Notes under the pieces: generated by a model
What the model saw: the letters and a program-made list of their open reading frames with translations, nothing else
Told to the model about the DNA's origin: nothing
The model's database searches: none
Part shown: in pieces, positions 23,695 to 33,337 of the stretch
Position numbering within the stretch: the first letter of the stretch is position 1
Layout: each line of letters begins with the position of its first letter
Made by a program: the position numbers and the translations under genes
Sequence record: NZ_CP019031.1
Source of the DNA: a plasmid
Length of the DNA stretch: 33,413 nucleotides
Strand: one strand, 5' to 3'

Positions 23695-25830
23695 CTAATC
23701 AAAATCAAAACTTAATTTATGGCCGTCAAGCTTTAACTTGGCGTCAAACGACTTCCCCTTTTTGCTCTTGAAACCCTTTAATTTGCTGGTTTTCCCCTTG
23801 GTGACCAGCGCTTTAATTGCGGTCTTACCGAGGGTCTTACTACTCCATTTCTTGGGCAGGGTAAAGCTTTCGCCTTGCTTAGGCTTTACAATGTAAAACT
23901 TCTGTTTATTTAAAACGGTCGCTTGCGGTGTTTCTAAGAAGACCTCGTCGGACTTTTGTGCTTGCTGTTGGTGATTTATTTGTTGCTTAATGGCTGCATT
24001 GCCGGTTAATTGTGTGGGAACATCAGCGATTAACTTCGCCACAAACTTCTTAATCTGGCTCAAAAAATTATCCTGAGTGCGTTCTTCGGTACTGATTTGT
24101 TGTAACGCTTGCTCCCATTTAGCCGTCATTTCTGGACTAGTTAGCAAGGGTTCGAGTTCAACCGCTTTACATAAAGTAATTCCGGCTTCACTGACGTGTA
24201 GCTTGTTCTTTTCAGTGACGAGATAGCCGCGTTTCTTTAACACTTCCAGCACATTGGCCCGGGTTGCACTCGTTCCAATGCCTTGCACATCTTTAAGAAT
24301 CGCTTGGGCTTCTTCATCATCAAGCGTTTTGCCGGCGGTCTTCATAGCCGTAATCAGGGTACCTTCGGTAAAGGGTACCGGTGGTGTCGTTTCTTTTTGC
24401 GGCATTTGCAGATTTGCTTGAACTTGGTCGCCTTGGTGAACGAGCGGTAGGGTGGTTGCCTCTTGCTGGTCGGCTTTGTGATCATCAAATAAAGCTTGCC
24501 AACCTTGCTTAGTTGGCACCTTACCGGTTGCTTTAAAATTGGCGTCGCCAACCTGGGTGATAATGGTGGTTTCTTCGTACTCGTACGGATCAGCAAACAT
24601 CGCTAACGTCGTTCTTAAAACCAAATCATAGACCTGTTGCTGTAATTTAGGTAAGGCAGCTAATTGATCTTTAGTCGGGACGACTTTAGTCATGATAATG
24701 GCGTAGTGTTCTTCAACCTTTTTCCTATTGACGTAACGTTTATTTGGGGTGGTATTGGTTAAAGCGACTTGCTTAGAGACTAACCCCAGATACTTCGTCA
24801 GATTAGCTACTAAATACTCAAATTCTTCATCAGTGATATAAGCACAATCGGTGCGGGGATAACTGAGCAGTTTGTCTTCGTATAAGCTTTGAATAGCCGC
24901 TAAGGTTTGGCTGGCACTGGCATGATACCGTTTATTCATCGCACTTTGGAGACTAGATAGCGAAAACAACTGTGGACTAGCACTCTTTTTAGCCTGTTTT
25001 TGGACGTCCTTGATTAAGCCGCTCTGTGAGCCTTTCTGAACGTGTTTAGCTTGCATGAATGTCATTAGACCTGTTTCGTCTTTAAACCGCTGATAGGGGT
25101 CTAATTTTGCGACGAATTTTTGCTGATTGGCTAAAATTTCCGCATTTAGTTCAAAATAGGGTTCCGGCTTAAAGTTTTTGATTGCCTGGTCTCTTTGATA
25201 GACCATATATAAGGTTGGCGTCTGTACTCGACCAATCGAATACACCCCGCGTACCCCGTTTTGTCTTAATAACAAAGTATATAAAGGACTGCCATTCATA
25301 CCAATTAACCAGTCACTAATTTGACGGGTTTGGGCTTCTTTATAAGCCAAATAGTCTTTGTGCCAATCACCAAGATTTTTGAAGCCGGTAATAATGGCGT
25401 CTTTTTCCAAACTATTCAACCATAGCCGCTTAATCGTCTTCTTTTTAACATCAATGTGGGCTTGGTTCATGATTGACCAGGCGATATTTGACCCTTCCCG
25501 ACCACTATCGGTGGCCACAATAATGGTATCGGCCTTCGTTAACAGGTCTTTGACGACCTTGAATTGATCTTTTTTACTAGCTGACACCACAAACTTGTAT
25601 TTATCGGGAAAAATCGGTAAATTAGATAGGGCCCATTGCTGATATTTCTGATCATATTTATCCGGTGTGGCTAGTTCAACTAAGTGTCCGAGACCATACG
25701 TCACAAGCGTATTCTCGGGCAAAACAGGGTCACTAACCGTATAGTAACCCTGTTTTTTTGTGCTCTTTTGAAAGGCTTGGACGTATGAACGGGCTTGACT
25801 GGGTTTTTCAGCTAAGATAACAGTGGTCAT
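23695..25830 (-). CDS. Type IA DNA topoisomerase (Topo III-like, TraI/TrsI-type).
   Basis: Toprim N-terminus VILAEKPSQARS. 711 aa. AAGGAG RBS. Confidence 0.9.
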   Translation of the reverse strand: MTTVILAEKPSQARSYVQAFQKSTKKQGYYTVSDPVLPENTLVTYGLGHLVELATPDKYDQKYQQWALSNLPIFPDKYKFVVSASKKDQFKVVKDLLTKADTIIVATDSGREGSNIAWSIMNQAHIDVKKKTIKRLWLNSLEKDAIITGFKNLGDWHKDYLAYKEAQTRQISDWLIGMNGSPLYTLLLRQNGVRGVYSIGRVQTPTLYMVYQRDQAIKNFKPEPYFELNAEILANQQKFVAKLDPYQRFKDETGLMTFMQAKHVQKGSQSGLIKDVQKQAKKSASPQLFSLSSLQSAMNKRYHASASQTLAAIQSLYEDKLLSYPRTDCAYITDEEFEYLVANLTKYLGLVSKQVALTNTTPNKRYVNRKKVEEHYAIIMTKVVPTKDQLAALPKLQQQVYDLVLRTTLAMFADPYEYEETTIITQVGDANFKATGKVPTKQGWQALFDDHKADQQEATTLPLVHQGDQVQANLQMPQKETTPPVPFTEGTLITAMKTAGKTLDDEEAQAILKDVQGIGTSATRANVLEVLKKRGYLVTEKNKLHVSEAGITLCKAVELEPLLTSPEMTAKWEQALQQISTEERTQDNFLSQIKKFVAKLIADVPTQLTGNAAIKQQINHQQQAQKSDEVFLETPQATVLNKQKFYIVKPKQGESFTLPKKWSSKTLGKTAIKALVTKGKTSKLKGFKSKKGKSFDAKLKLDGHKLSFDFD

Positions 25831-25836
25831 GTTCGT

Positions 25837-26247
25837 TCACTCCTTATAATTCAATTTCTGTTCTAATTCTGTTTTGCCTTGTTCAACCGCTTTTAACCAA
25901 GTTTCACGGCGCAATTCTTGTTGTTGCTCTATCGATTGTTGCTTCAAATAATGTTGATACCGGTTGATGGCTTTGAGATCTGCATAGGCTGACCAACGGA
26001 ATAATAAGCCACCCAGCAGTAAAACTAAGGCCATTAGTGCAGTTCCTAAAAAATCGGTATGGTTCGCCGTGAAAAGCTCTTGGTATAAATCCATTAACAT
26101 GAGATAAATTCCCATTAGATAGAAGACCATGCTAACTAAGTTATCAAAATAGTAAGACAACTTAGTCCGCCGTGAAGGTGTTGCAAAAGGGTCGGTTCGC
26201 ATATCTTTTTTGGCTTTTTCCAATAACCAGTGTGCGATTTTCTTCAT
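25837..26247 (-). CDS. Membrane protein, 136 aa.
   Basis: Two TM helices and a C-terminal coiled coil. GGAGG RBS. Confidence 0.45.
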   Translation of the reverse strand: MKKIAHWLLEKAKKDMRTDPFATPSRRTKLSYYFDNLVSMVFYLMGIYLMLMDLYQELFTANHTDFLGTALMALVLLLGGLLFRWSAYADLKAINRYQHYLKQQSIEQQQELRRETWLKAVEQGKTELEQKLNYKE

Positions 26248-26261
26248 AACTATTTTTCCTC

Positions 26262-27101
26262 CTAGTGGTTACGGAAATAATTTTGAAACATTCTCATGGC
26301 ACCCATACCAGCACTTTTAGTCACACCGGTTGAAGCCCAGAAGTCTTTAACAGCATCAGGTGTTTTGACTACCAGAAAGCCGAATCCAATTGAACCAATA
26401 AAGGCAATGAACCCATATTTAGCCATATTAGTGAAACACCATACTGATAATGACATACAAAGCACCTGGCTAATAATGGAAGCATTGTAATAAATGTACT
26501 TCTTCCACCACGTACCACTATAATCAAAGCTTTCAGTCGCCATGCTCATTGCAGCTAAAGGAATCGTCAGATTGTACCAAGCCATATCAGCCACAAACGC
26601 ACACATTTTAATAAAAAACACGACGGTTACGACAGTGAAGATTAGCAGAAATAAAATCTGTAAAGGTAGCGAAATACCAACATCTTTTAGTCCAGGGACT
26701 TTATTCATGCCGGTAATCGATTTAGCAGTAAATTTCTGATCAGAACTAAACATATACTTTAACAGGGGTAAGGTAATTGACCCTTGAATAAAGCCCTGTA
26801 AGAACACGAAAACTGGAATCACGGCCGCTGATTTAATCCCGTCCATGATGATATTAGCCCAAGTGACGTCGGTACTTTCGTCTGCCTCTTTTAGAATTGT
26901 CATCACAATGCGGCCAAGTACGACCACAACGACTAACGATGTCGCAAAGGATAGGAAGATAGCATACCACGTTTTAACAATCGGCAAGCTTTGATTGGCT
27001 TGGTCAATGATTGCCTTACAGATGTTGAATAAACCATCTAACAAACCAGACAGTAGCCATTCGAAAAAGTGTGAAATAGCTGATTGAATAATTTCTGTCA
27101 T
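26262..27101 (-). CDS. Polytopic membrane protein, VirB6/TrsL-like, 279 aa.
   Basis: Five or more TM segments. GGAGGG RBS. Position within the T4SS operon. Confidence 0.5.
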   Translation of the reverse strand: MTEIIQSAISHFFEWLLSGLLDGLFNICKAIIDQANQSLPIVKTWYAIFLSFATSLVVVVVLGRIVMTILKEADESTDVTWANIIMDGIKSAAVIPVFVFLQGFIQGSITLPLLKYMFSSDQKFTAKSITGMNKVPGLKDVGISLPLQILFLLIFTVVTVVFFIKMCAFVADMAWYNLTIPLAAMSMATESFDYSGTWWKKYIYYNASIISQVLCMSLSVWCFTNMAKYGFIAFIGSIGFGFLVVKTPDAVKDFWASTGVTKSAGMGAMRMFQNYFRNH

Positions 27102-27119
27102 TTTAAATCCCTCCTTTGT

Positions 27120-27509
27120 CTATTTGGGAATGAGTGTGACCGTACCAGTATCACTTTTAGCTAGTGTGTTAATTGGTGTTAGTTTATATTTGTCTGACTG
27201 CTTTTTAATCTTAAATAGTCGTGTTTCTGTACTACCTGAAACACTGTTCTTACCAATGAACTTAATTTGTTCATTACCCTTGTTTTCAATCAACTTGTAA
27301 GTATAAACTTCGCTAAAGCCCGCTTGGGTAAGTGTTAAGTTGCTTTTCGAAAACTTTGCAGTAGCGGCCATACCATTATCTTTGCTAGAAGTAAACGTCC
27401 ACTGATGACTTTGCAAATCTTGTGCTGTCGACTTCCCACAAGCGGTTAGACCAACAGCAATCAGTAACACTGTCATCACGGCGATTATATATTTGCGATA
27501 TTCTTTCAT
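27120..27509 (-). CDS. Lipoprotein, 129 aa.
   Basis: Start at MKEYRKY with GGAGGG RBS. Lipobox LTACG. Confidence 0.5.
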   Translation of the reverse strand: MKEYRKYIIAVMTVLLIAVGLTACGKSTAQDLQSHQWTFTSSKDNGMAATAKFSKSNLTLTQAGFSEVYTYKLIENKGNEQIKFIGKNSVSGSTETRLFKIKKQSDKYKLTPINTLAKSDTGTVTLIPK

Positions 27510-27523
27510 TAATATGCCCTCCA

Positions 27524-29074
27524 TTATCCAAATAAGTTGTTGTCGTCTTCTTCTGGCGCCTCTGTTTGACTATCTTTATTTGAAACTCTCTCTAAGTCGC
27601 TATCTAGGTTGTCCTGTTGTTGCTCCTCCTCTTTCTGAGACATCTTGTTTGCGACTTCTTTTTGAGCAGTCTCCTTTAATTTTGCTTTCCATTTTTCTAC
27701 TTTATTCTTAAAGTTGGTTTCTTGACTGGCTTCTGGTTGGCCTTGATAATCGTTCTGTGACAAGTTAACCAAATGATCGGCTCCTGGAAATAGTTTAAAT
27801 TGGAACGCTTTTGTCGCTTTGACTGGTCGCGCATTACTAAAGATTAATAAGCTCTGATCTTCAGGCATACGCATGATTTCATCAGGTGTCATCAGCGAAC
27901 GGCTCGTATAGCTGTAACTATCGCTCTTACTATGGCTTTCTTCCTTGCTATGACTGGTACTCTCACTACCAGTTTCCACTTTCACGGTTGATTTTCCTAA
28001 CAGATCACTAAAGTATTTAGCGGTCACATCATTAGCGGCATTCAAGCAAATTTTAACCGCATGATTACCTAAGATACTCTCAGCCTTTTCCTTACCATAC
28101 AAGGCTTGTAGCTGGGTTAAGGTCTGACAAATGGTCGTCACGCCAATACCGTACCCCCGGCACGTTGCTAGAAATTCTTCGTACTTGGGAAACTTCCCTA
28201 AATTGACAAATTCATCAAGGATAAAGTCGACTTGGTGAGGCAATTTAGCGTGATGATCGGCGGCTAATTTGTATAATTCATCAAACAATTGTGAGAAAAA
28301 CAGATTGATGAAGCTTTCATAAGTGTTATCCATGACGGGGATAATCACGTATAGCACCACTTTGTCATTGCCGATCTCTTTTAAATCAAAATCAGAAAAG
28401 CTGGTAAAATCAGCCACTTCTTTGTCGACAAACTTCGAAATGGTCGCCAACAGGCTTTCAATAATGCTGGCTTTCATTTCTCCCTTAGCCTTTTTGAAAC
28501 CTAACTCATAAGCGCGTCTCGCTGGATCAGTCATAGTTAGATCAAGAAACAAGGTATCTAGCGGACTATCCGCACCCTTTTCCTCGGCTTCCACATCGTT
28601 TTCTTGCAACACTTGGGTCACACCCGCCAAATTTCGTTGCTCTGGTGACCGGTGGTTCATGACAAACAGGATTAGTGCCTTCAAAAGTTGGCGTTGGGTA
28701 CTGAACCACACGTCTTTTTTACCTTCGGCATTTTCACTTTGCACGATCTTTGTTGCCACGGTTTCAGCTTGAATATCCCGTTGAATATAATCAAAAGGAT
28801 TGTAGCGATCACTGTGAGCCATATTGGCAAAGTTGACGACATGTACTTGATAACCCTGGGCCAGTTTGATTCCGGCCGTCTTTTCGTATAATTCCCCCTT
28901 GGGATCGGTCACAACAATGCTGTTCTCTGTCTCGTTAAACAGGTTGGTAATCACGACTGATTGGGTCTTATACGATCCTGGGCCCCCAACCACAAAGATA
29001 TTCCGATTGGGTTTGGTACTGTTATTTTGGTAAACAATCTGTTTATCTACGATTCCTAAAATTGTCCCGTTCAT
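27524..29074 (-). CDS. Type IV coupling protein (VirD4/TraG/TrsK family).
   Basis: Walker A VVGGPGSYKTQSVV near the N-terminus. 516 aa. GGAGG RBS. Acidic C-terminal tail. Confidence 0.85.
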   Translation of the reverse strand: MNGTILGIVDKQIVYQNNSTKPNRNIFVVGGPGSYKTQSVVITNLFNETENSIVVTDPKGELYEKTAGIKLAQGYQVHVVNFANMAHSDRYNPFDYIQRDIQAETVATKIVQSENAEGKKDVWFSTQRQLLKALILFVMNHRSPEQRNLAGVTQVLQENDVEAEEKGADSPLDTLFLDLTMTDPARRAYELGFKKAKGEMKASIIESLLATISKFVDKEVADFTSFSDFDLKEIGNDKVVLYVIIPVMDNTYESFINLFFSQLFDELYKLAADHHAKLPHQVDFILDEFVNLGKFPKYEEFLATCRGYGIGVTTICQTLTQLQALYGKEKAESILGNHAVKICLNAANDVTAKYFSDLLGKSTVKVETGSESTSHSKEESHSKSDSYSYTSRSLMTPDEIMRMPEDQSLLIFSNARPVKATKAFQFKLFPGADHLVNLSQNDYQGQPEASQETNFKNKVEKWKAKLKETAQKEVANKMSQKEEEQQQDNLDSDLERVSNKDSQTEAPEEDDNNLFG

Positions 29075-29117
29075 GCGTTTACCTCCAATGTGGTTAGCTT
29101 TAGATGACTTTTCTGAT

Positions 29118-29288
29118 TTACTTCTTTTTCATCTGTATTCTGATTAACTGATAAATGAAAGATAAAATGACTGTGATAACTGTAAATACAAAAGTAGGTG
29201 TGTTCCAACCCTGAAATAGAAACAAAACTATCGCAATTAACGACGTGATGATCGTAACTATTCGTACTAATAAATCTGGTCTGTTCAT
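29118..29288 (-). CDS. Small membrane protein, 56 aa. It is an alternative to the overlapping 78-aa track ORF.
   Basis: AAGGAAG RBS. Translation MNRPDLLVRIVTIITSLIAIVLFLFQGWNTPTFVFTVITVILSFIYQLIRIQMKKK shows two hydrophobic helices. The 78-aa ORF in the other frame is Cys/His-rich with odd composition. Confidence 0.35.
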   Translation of the reverse strand: MNRPDLLVRIVTIITSLIAIVLFLFQGWNTPTFVFTVITVILSFIYQLIRIQMKKK

Positions 29289-29303
29289 GCTTCTTACTTC
29301 CTT

Positions 29304-29774
29304 TCACTTGTCTGTCTTGGATTGTGTTTCTTGTTTTGTTAATGCCTCTAATATTTCTGTTGTAGTGCTCCTGTTAAACGCTGTGGTGAGGTCTTTAGCA
29401 GTGATACTAAAGTAATGGTCGCTCAATTCTTTTAGATTGCCCCAGGTCGCACTTCCGTGGGTTTCAGTGTCCGCAGTTTCCCACGATTTATGTTTGCTAT
29501 TTCGTTTCAAGGCAAAATAGATGGTGTATAGGACCACGGCGACACTAACAATAATTAGTACTGGGTTCTTTTGGCCCAAATACAAGTTGTAATAATGCCA
29601 GGGGTGTAAAGCTAATTGTTTTAACACCGTTGGCATATGATCCGCAAAAGTTAGTTTATAGCGCGACAAGGCCATGACAGAGCCAGCTAAAATCTCCGCT
29701 AAATACAAGCCAATGATTAGTGTTAGTAAATACGGCCAACTAGCTTTAATGCTGTTTAATAATTTGTCTTTCAT
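29304..29774 (-). CDS. Membrane protein, 156 aa.
   Basis: Two or three TM helices. AGGTGA RBS. Confidence 0.45.
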   Translation of the reverse strand: MKDKLLNSIKASWPYLLTLIIGLYLAEILAGSVMALSRYKLTFADHMPTVLKQLALHPWHYYNLYLGQKNPVLIIVSVAVVLYTIYFALKRNSKHKSWETADTETHGSATWGNLKELSDHYFSITAKDLTTAFNRSTTTEILEALTKQETQSKTDK

Positions 29775-30143
29775 CTAATCACCTACTATCTGTTTAATTC
29801 TTTGTTGGTTGGTACCGGAATATCGTTGCTTACCATGGATCAAGGTTGGGACTGACGTTAATTGATATTGCTGAATGTAGTGCCGATTCTGCGATTGATT
29901 CATGTTAATAAAAACAACGTTATGGCTAATGACGTTGTGCCAATAAATTTGATGGAAAATAGATTGACAATCTGGGCAATCATCACGGTAAAAGAACAGA
30001 ACTTTATCAGAATGCTTAGCCAACGTCACAATTGGTCGCTGTTTTTCCACGTAATTCACATATTGATGACTAGCAAAACCACTAACGGTTAAAATCACCA
30101 CGATCACCGCTAGGGCTTTACTACCCCGCTTAATTAAGGTCAC
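29775..30143 (-). CDS. Membrane-anchored thioredoxin-like protein with a CPDC active site, 122 aa, GTG start.
   Basis: N-terminal TM. VLFFYRDDCPDCQ is a thioredoxin-fold CxxC motif. TSVPTLIHG is the cis-Pro loop. Confidence 0.55.
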   Translation of the reverse strand: MTLIKRGSKALAVIVVILTVSGFASHQYVNYVEKQRPIVTLAKHSDKVLFFYRDDCPDCQSIFHQIYWHNVISHNVVFINMNQSQNRHYIQQYQLTSVPTLIHGKQRYSGTNQQRIKQIVGD

Positions 30144-30747
30144 TGGCTTTAAAACTGCTACCTAAGTTTTGGACCGCGGTGATTCGATCCGTGGTGGTAT
30201 CGAAAGTCACTTGATAAAGTACCGTCGCCTTTTGCCAGTCGTTGTCGCCACTCTTGCTTTCATAACTAACGACGGCCAAGCCTTTCATATCTTGGCCCTG
30301 CTTACTTTGTGTATACAGGTTCAGCTGATCTAATTTGGCTGAAACACTATTGCTGTCACCATAAGTCCCTTTGTTTGAAAAGTATTGCTGGTACAATTTG
30401 TCGGAAATCAAGTCTTTCACGCCATCTTTACGCTGGCCGTAGGTCTTGGGCTTAAAGTTATTCATGACATCAAAGAACTTTGTGACCACTGTATTGAAGC
30501 TAATTTCAGCCGGACTTTTATCTTTATTATTTTGGTAGGTCTTATAGCTGTCAATTTGGGTGCTCAATAACTGCTTTTGTTGGTTAACTTTAGTCAATTG
30601 CTGGTTAACTTGACGCTTTTGTTGTTGTAAGCGACTGATCTGTTGTTGTGCCTGCTTAATTTGGCTATGCTGATAGGCATTCGCCCCTAATAACATGATT
30701 AAGATCAAACTACCCAGCGCAATACTTAAAACCATGCTGCGTTTCAT
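30130..30747 (-). CDS. VirB8-like (TraM/TcpC-like) channel component, 205 aa.
   Basis: N-terminal TM, then a Gln-rich coiled coil, then a C-terminal globular domain of about 120 aa. AAGGAGG RBS. Confidence 0.45.
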   Translation of the reverse strand: MKRSMVLSIALGSLILIMLLGANAYQHSQIKQAQQQISRLQQQKRQVNQQLTKVNQQKQLLSTQIDSYKTYQNNKDKSPAEISFNTVVTKFFDVMNNFKPKTYGQRKDGVKDLISDKLYQQYFSNKGTYGDSNSVSAKLDQLNLYTQSKQGQDMKGLAVVSYESKSGDNDWQKATVLYQVTFDTTTDRITAVQNLGSSFKASDLN

Positions 30748-30760
30748 TTACTCGTCCTCC

Positions 30761-31918
30761 TTACTTCTTGATTGGCCGGGCTAACGTTACATCGCTACCG
30801 TTCAATAAACTATAAAAAGCGGTGCCAAAAGTGCTTTCGTTAACCTTGTCGCCGACGCCACCTTGCTCAATGATTTTGGTGGCTTTACCTTGCCATTTAT
30901 CTAGCAGAATGGCAGTATGGCCGTTGTTTCCGGCTCCCGCACCTTGATTGACGATGACAATATCGCCGGCTTTCGCGTCATTTTCACTGATCTGTTTCAA
31001 GTATTGATGGCTGCCTTTGGCGTCACTGGCCATCGTGCCGGTAAACCAGCCCATGTTGGCCGGTACCTTGTAACCAGCTTTATTAAGCGCTAACCAGACA
31101 AAGCCCGAACAATCAGTTCCACCAGTTTTGCTGGGATTCTTTAAATCACTGCCTAAATCAGGGCTGGGGTGGTTTTGAACATAGTAGAAATCGCCTTTCA
31201 TACTTTCTGCGTTTTTAACGATACTACCGCCGGAATAGCTCGGGTCACTATCACAACCTAACTCGTTTAGATCGCCGGAACTCGCATTATCTAACGTATT
31301 ACCGGCCACTGGATCACTCGTACCCAACACGGAATACCAATGATCGGCATACCCGTATCTTTGGCTTAAATACCATTGTTCCGGGTTCTTACTCATGCCT
31401 TCATAATCCATTAACCAGGCTTTGGTCGCTTTGTGAACGTCCGTATACTTAAAGATCTGCTTGTTTGACGCATAGTAACTACTGTTCAATTCTTGGTCGA
31501 GATAATCCAGCTGCACCCCGAGATTGGTCGCTGGTTTGTTTTCTTTATGGGCTAAATCTTCTAGCTTATCTTTTCGACCACCTAACCACTGGGCTAAGCC
31601 CGTGGCCCCGGAATTAGAATTAACCGAATTGGGATCAAGGCGACTTTCTAGTTGTAAGACCCCCAAGATACCAGCGGCTGCTTGTGGGGTGGCACCATAC
31701 TTCTGCTTCCAGTGCGCATAGATATTTTTAGCATTGCTCGTCATATCCTTGCTATCAAGCTGGGTCTGGGTGGTGGTAGTCGAATTATCACAATTGTTTT
31801 CTTGTAACTGACCAGTGATTGCCGCAATTAACAAGATGATTAGCAGAAGGGCGCCACCCACAATATAAGCAATCAATTTCCACTTCTTTTTCTTATATTC
31901 AAATGACAATACCTGCAT
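30761..31918 (-). CDS. VirB1-like cell-wall hydrolase with an N-terminal lysozyme/transglycosylase-like region and a C-terminal CHAP domain.
   Basis: N-terminal TM. The CHAP domain has GGTDCSGFVW (catalytic Cys) and NGHTAILL (His). Confidence 0.75.
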   Translation of the reverse strand: MQVLSFEYKKKKWKLIAYIVGGALLLIILLIAAITGQLQENNCDNSTTTTQTQLDSKDMTSNAKNIYAHWKQKYGATPQAAAGILGVLQLESRLDPNSVNSNSGATGLAQWLGGRKDKLEDLAHKENKPATNLGVQLDYLDQELNSSYYASNKQIFKYTDVHKATKAWLMDYEGMSKNPEQWYLSQRYGYADHWYSVLGTSDPVAGNTLDNASSGDLNELGCDSDPSYSGGSIVKNAESMKGDFYYVQNHPSPDLGSDLKNPSKTGGTDCSGFVWLALNKAGYKVPANMGWFTGTMASDAKGSHQYLKQISENDAKAGDIVIVNQGAGAGNNGHTAILLDKWQGKATKIIEQGGVGDKVNESTFGTAFYSLLNGSDVTLARPIKK

Positions 31919-33337
31919 TTAATCACCCACTTTGTGCTTGGCCTGATCGACTTGTTTTTGCGCTGCTGATTGGTCACTCTGCGCGTTCTTTAAGTCCGAC
32001 TTAGCTGAATCCACCTTCTTGTCTTTATCCTTATCTTTACTATCATCAATTTTGTTGGCATCATCTAACTTCTTTTGGGCGTCGCTAACTTCTTTTTTAG
32101 CAGAGTTGAGACTTAATAGCGCTTTGAGGTACTTAGCTTTAGGACTGTTCACGCCAGCTAACTTGGTTTGAACAGTCTGGGCGTCTTGCGTATCGTTATG
32201 GGCGAGGAAAGCCTGCCCAATTCTCAATAACACATCAGCGTTCGTCGTAAAGGACAATTGGTTATTGAGCGTATTGGTGTTATAGTTAACAATCGCTTTT
32301 TCGAGTTTCAATTGGTCTTTTTGCTTACTTGTCGCCTTAGTGGGTAACTGCCAATCGGCCACTTGACCGCTATCTTTTTTGGCATAAGCCGTATTAACAA
32401 CCTTGTTCAACTGACTTGGGTCAACGTTTAAGGCTTGCTGATACTGTTTGTGTTTTAAGAATGTTTGAACTTGACTGTTCTTGCTATAACCAGCTTTCTG
32501 CATAGCCTTTTTTGCTTTCGACCATTGATGATTGTTTAAAGCTGTCTGAATTTGGTTATTGTACTTTAAACGAGTAACTTGGGCTTGGTTCTGGTTAGCT
32601 AAGCTTTGATACTTTCGTTCGTCACTTTTATGAACTAAGCCGACGGCCAAAACGGCCACAATCGCCACCCCGGCCATACTCAACCATAAACGTTGTTTGG
32701 TTTTCTGCTGGGTCGTTTCAACTTCCTGCCATTCATGATAGCTCACAAAGTCCTCAATGCCGTTAACCACTTCCGTTAACTCATTTAACGACGTAGCTTT
32801 AGCTACTTGTTGTAAATAGTCGTCCGGGTGTTTAGCTAGGGCTTCTTTAGGATTGCTTAGTAGCCGTTCATAGGGTGTCCCCGTCAAACAAAATAGAATC
32901 AGCGCTTTGTATTTAGCTAAATTGCTATGTTTGTCATCATAAGGCATAAGTTCATTGGCCCGGTAAGCGTACCAAACATGTTGCATGGGGTAATACCACA
33001 GATTAGCTGGGTTTAAGGCAATATGATACTGGCTATCAGCAACCACCTTTTGCGCCATGATTTTCTTGGCAATCGCTGACCGGATTGCTTTATTTTCATG
33101 TGGCAAGTCCTTTAATGATCTGACCTTATCCGGCAAGGTATAAGTTAGAACGACCTTCTGGTCTTGCTCAACCACGTTAACCAACTGCAAGAACTTGGAA
33201 TCAGCTTGTTTTAATTCGTTTAGCTCACTCAACTGGTCGTATCGAAACTGATTGTGATTGAGTTCGAGAATTAACTGGTTCCCTTGTCGCTTGAAGGTGC
33301 CAACCTCGATATTTAATAGCTGGTTTAGTTTACTCAT
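31919..33337 (-). CDS. TrsF/TraF-like conjugation protein, 472 aa.
   Basis: Strong GGAGG RBS. Central TM segment. Lys/Asp-rich coiled-coil C-terminus. Confidence 0.5.
   Translation of the reverse strand: MSKLNQLLNIEVGTFKRQGNQLILELNHNQFRYDQLSELNELKQADSKFLQLVNVVEQDQKVVLTYTLPDKVRSLKDLPHENKAIRSAIAKKIMAQKVVADSQYHIALNPANLWYYPMQHVWYAYRANELMPYDDKHSNLAKYKALILFCLTGTPYERLLSNPKEALAKHPDDYLQQVAKATSLNELTEVVNGIEDFVSYHEWQEVETTQQKTKQRLWLSMAGVAIVAVLAVGLVHKSDERKYQSLANQNQAQVTRLKYNNQIQTALNNHQWSKAKKAMQKAGYSKNSQVQTFLKHKQYQQALNVDPSQLNKVVNTAYAKKDSGQVADWQLPTKATSKQKDQLKLEKAIVNYNTNTLNNQLSFTTNADVLLRIGQAFLAHNDTQDAQTVQTKLAGVNSPKAKYLKALLSLNSAKKEVSDAQKKLDDANKIDDSKDKDKDKKVDSAKSDLKNAQSDQSAAQKQVDQAKHKVGD

Noticed and set aside
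24354-25567. 80-aa and 69-aa ORFs inside the topoisomerase gene.
   Set aside because: They are antisense or out of frame within a strongly supported CDS.
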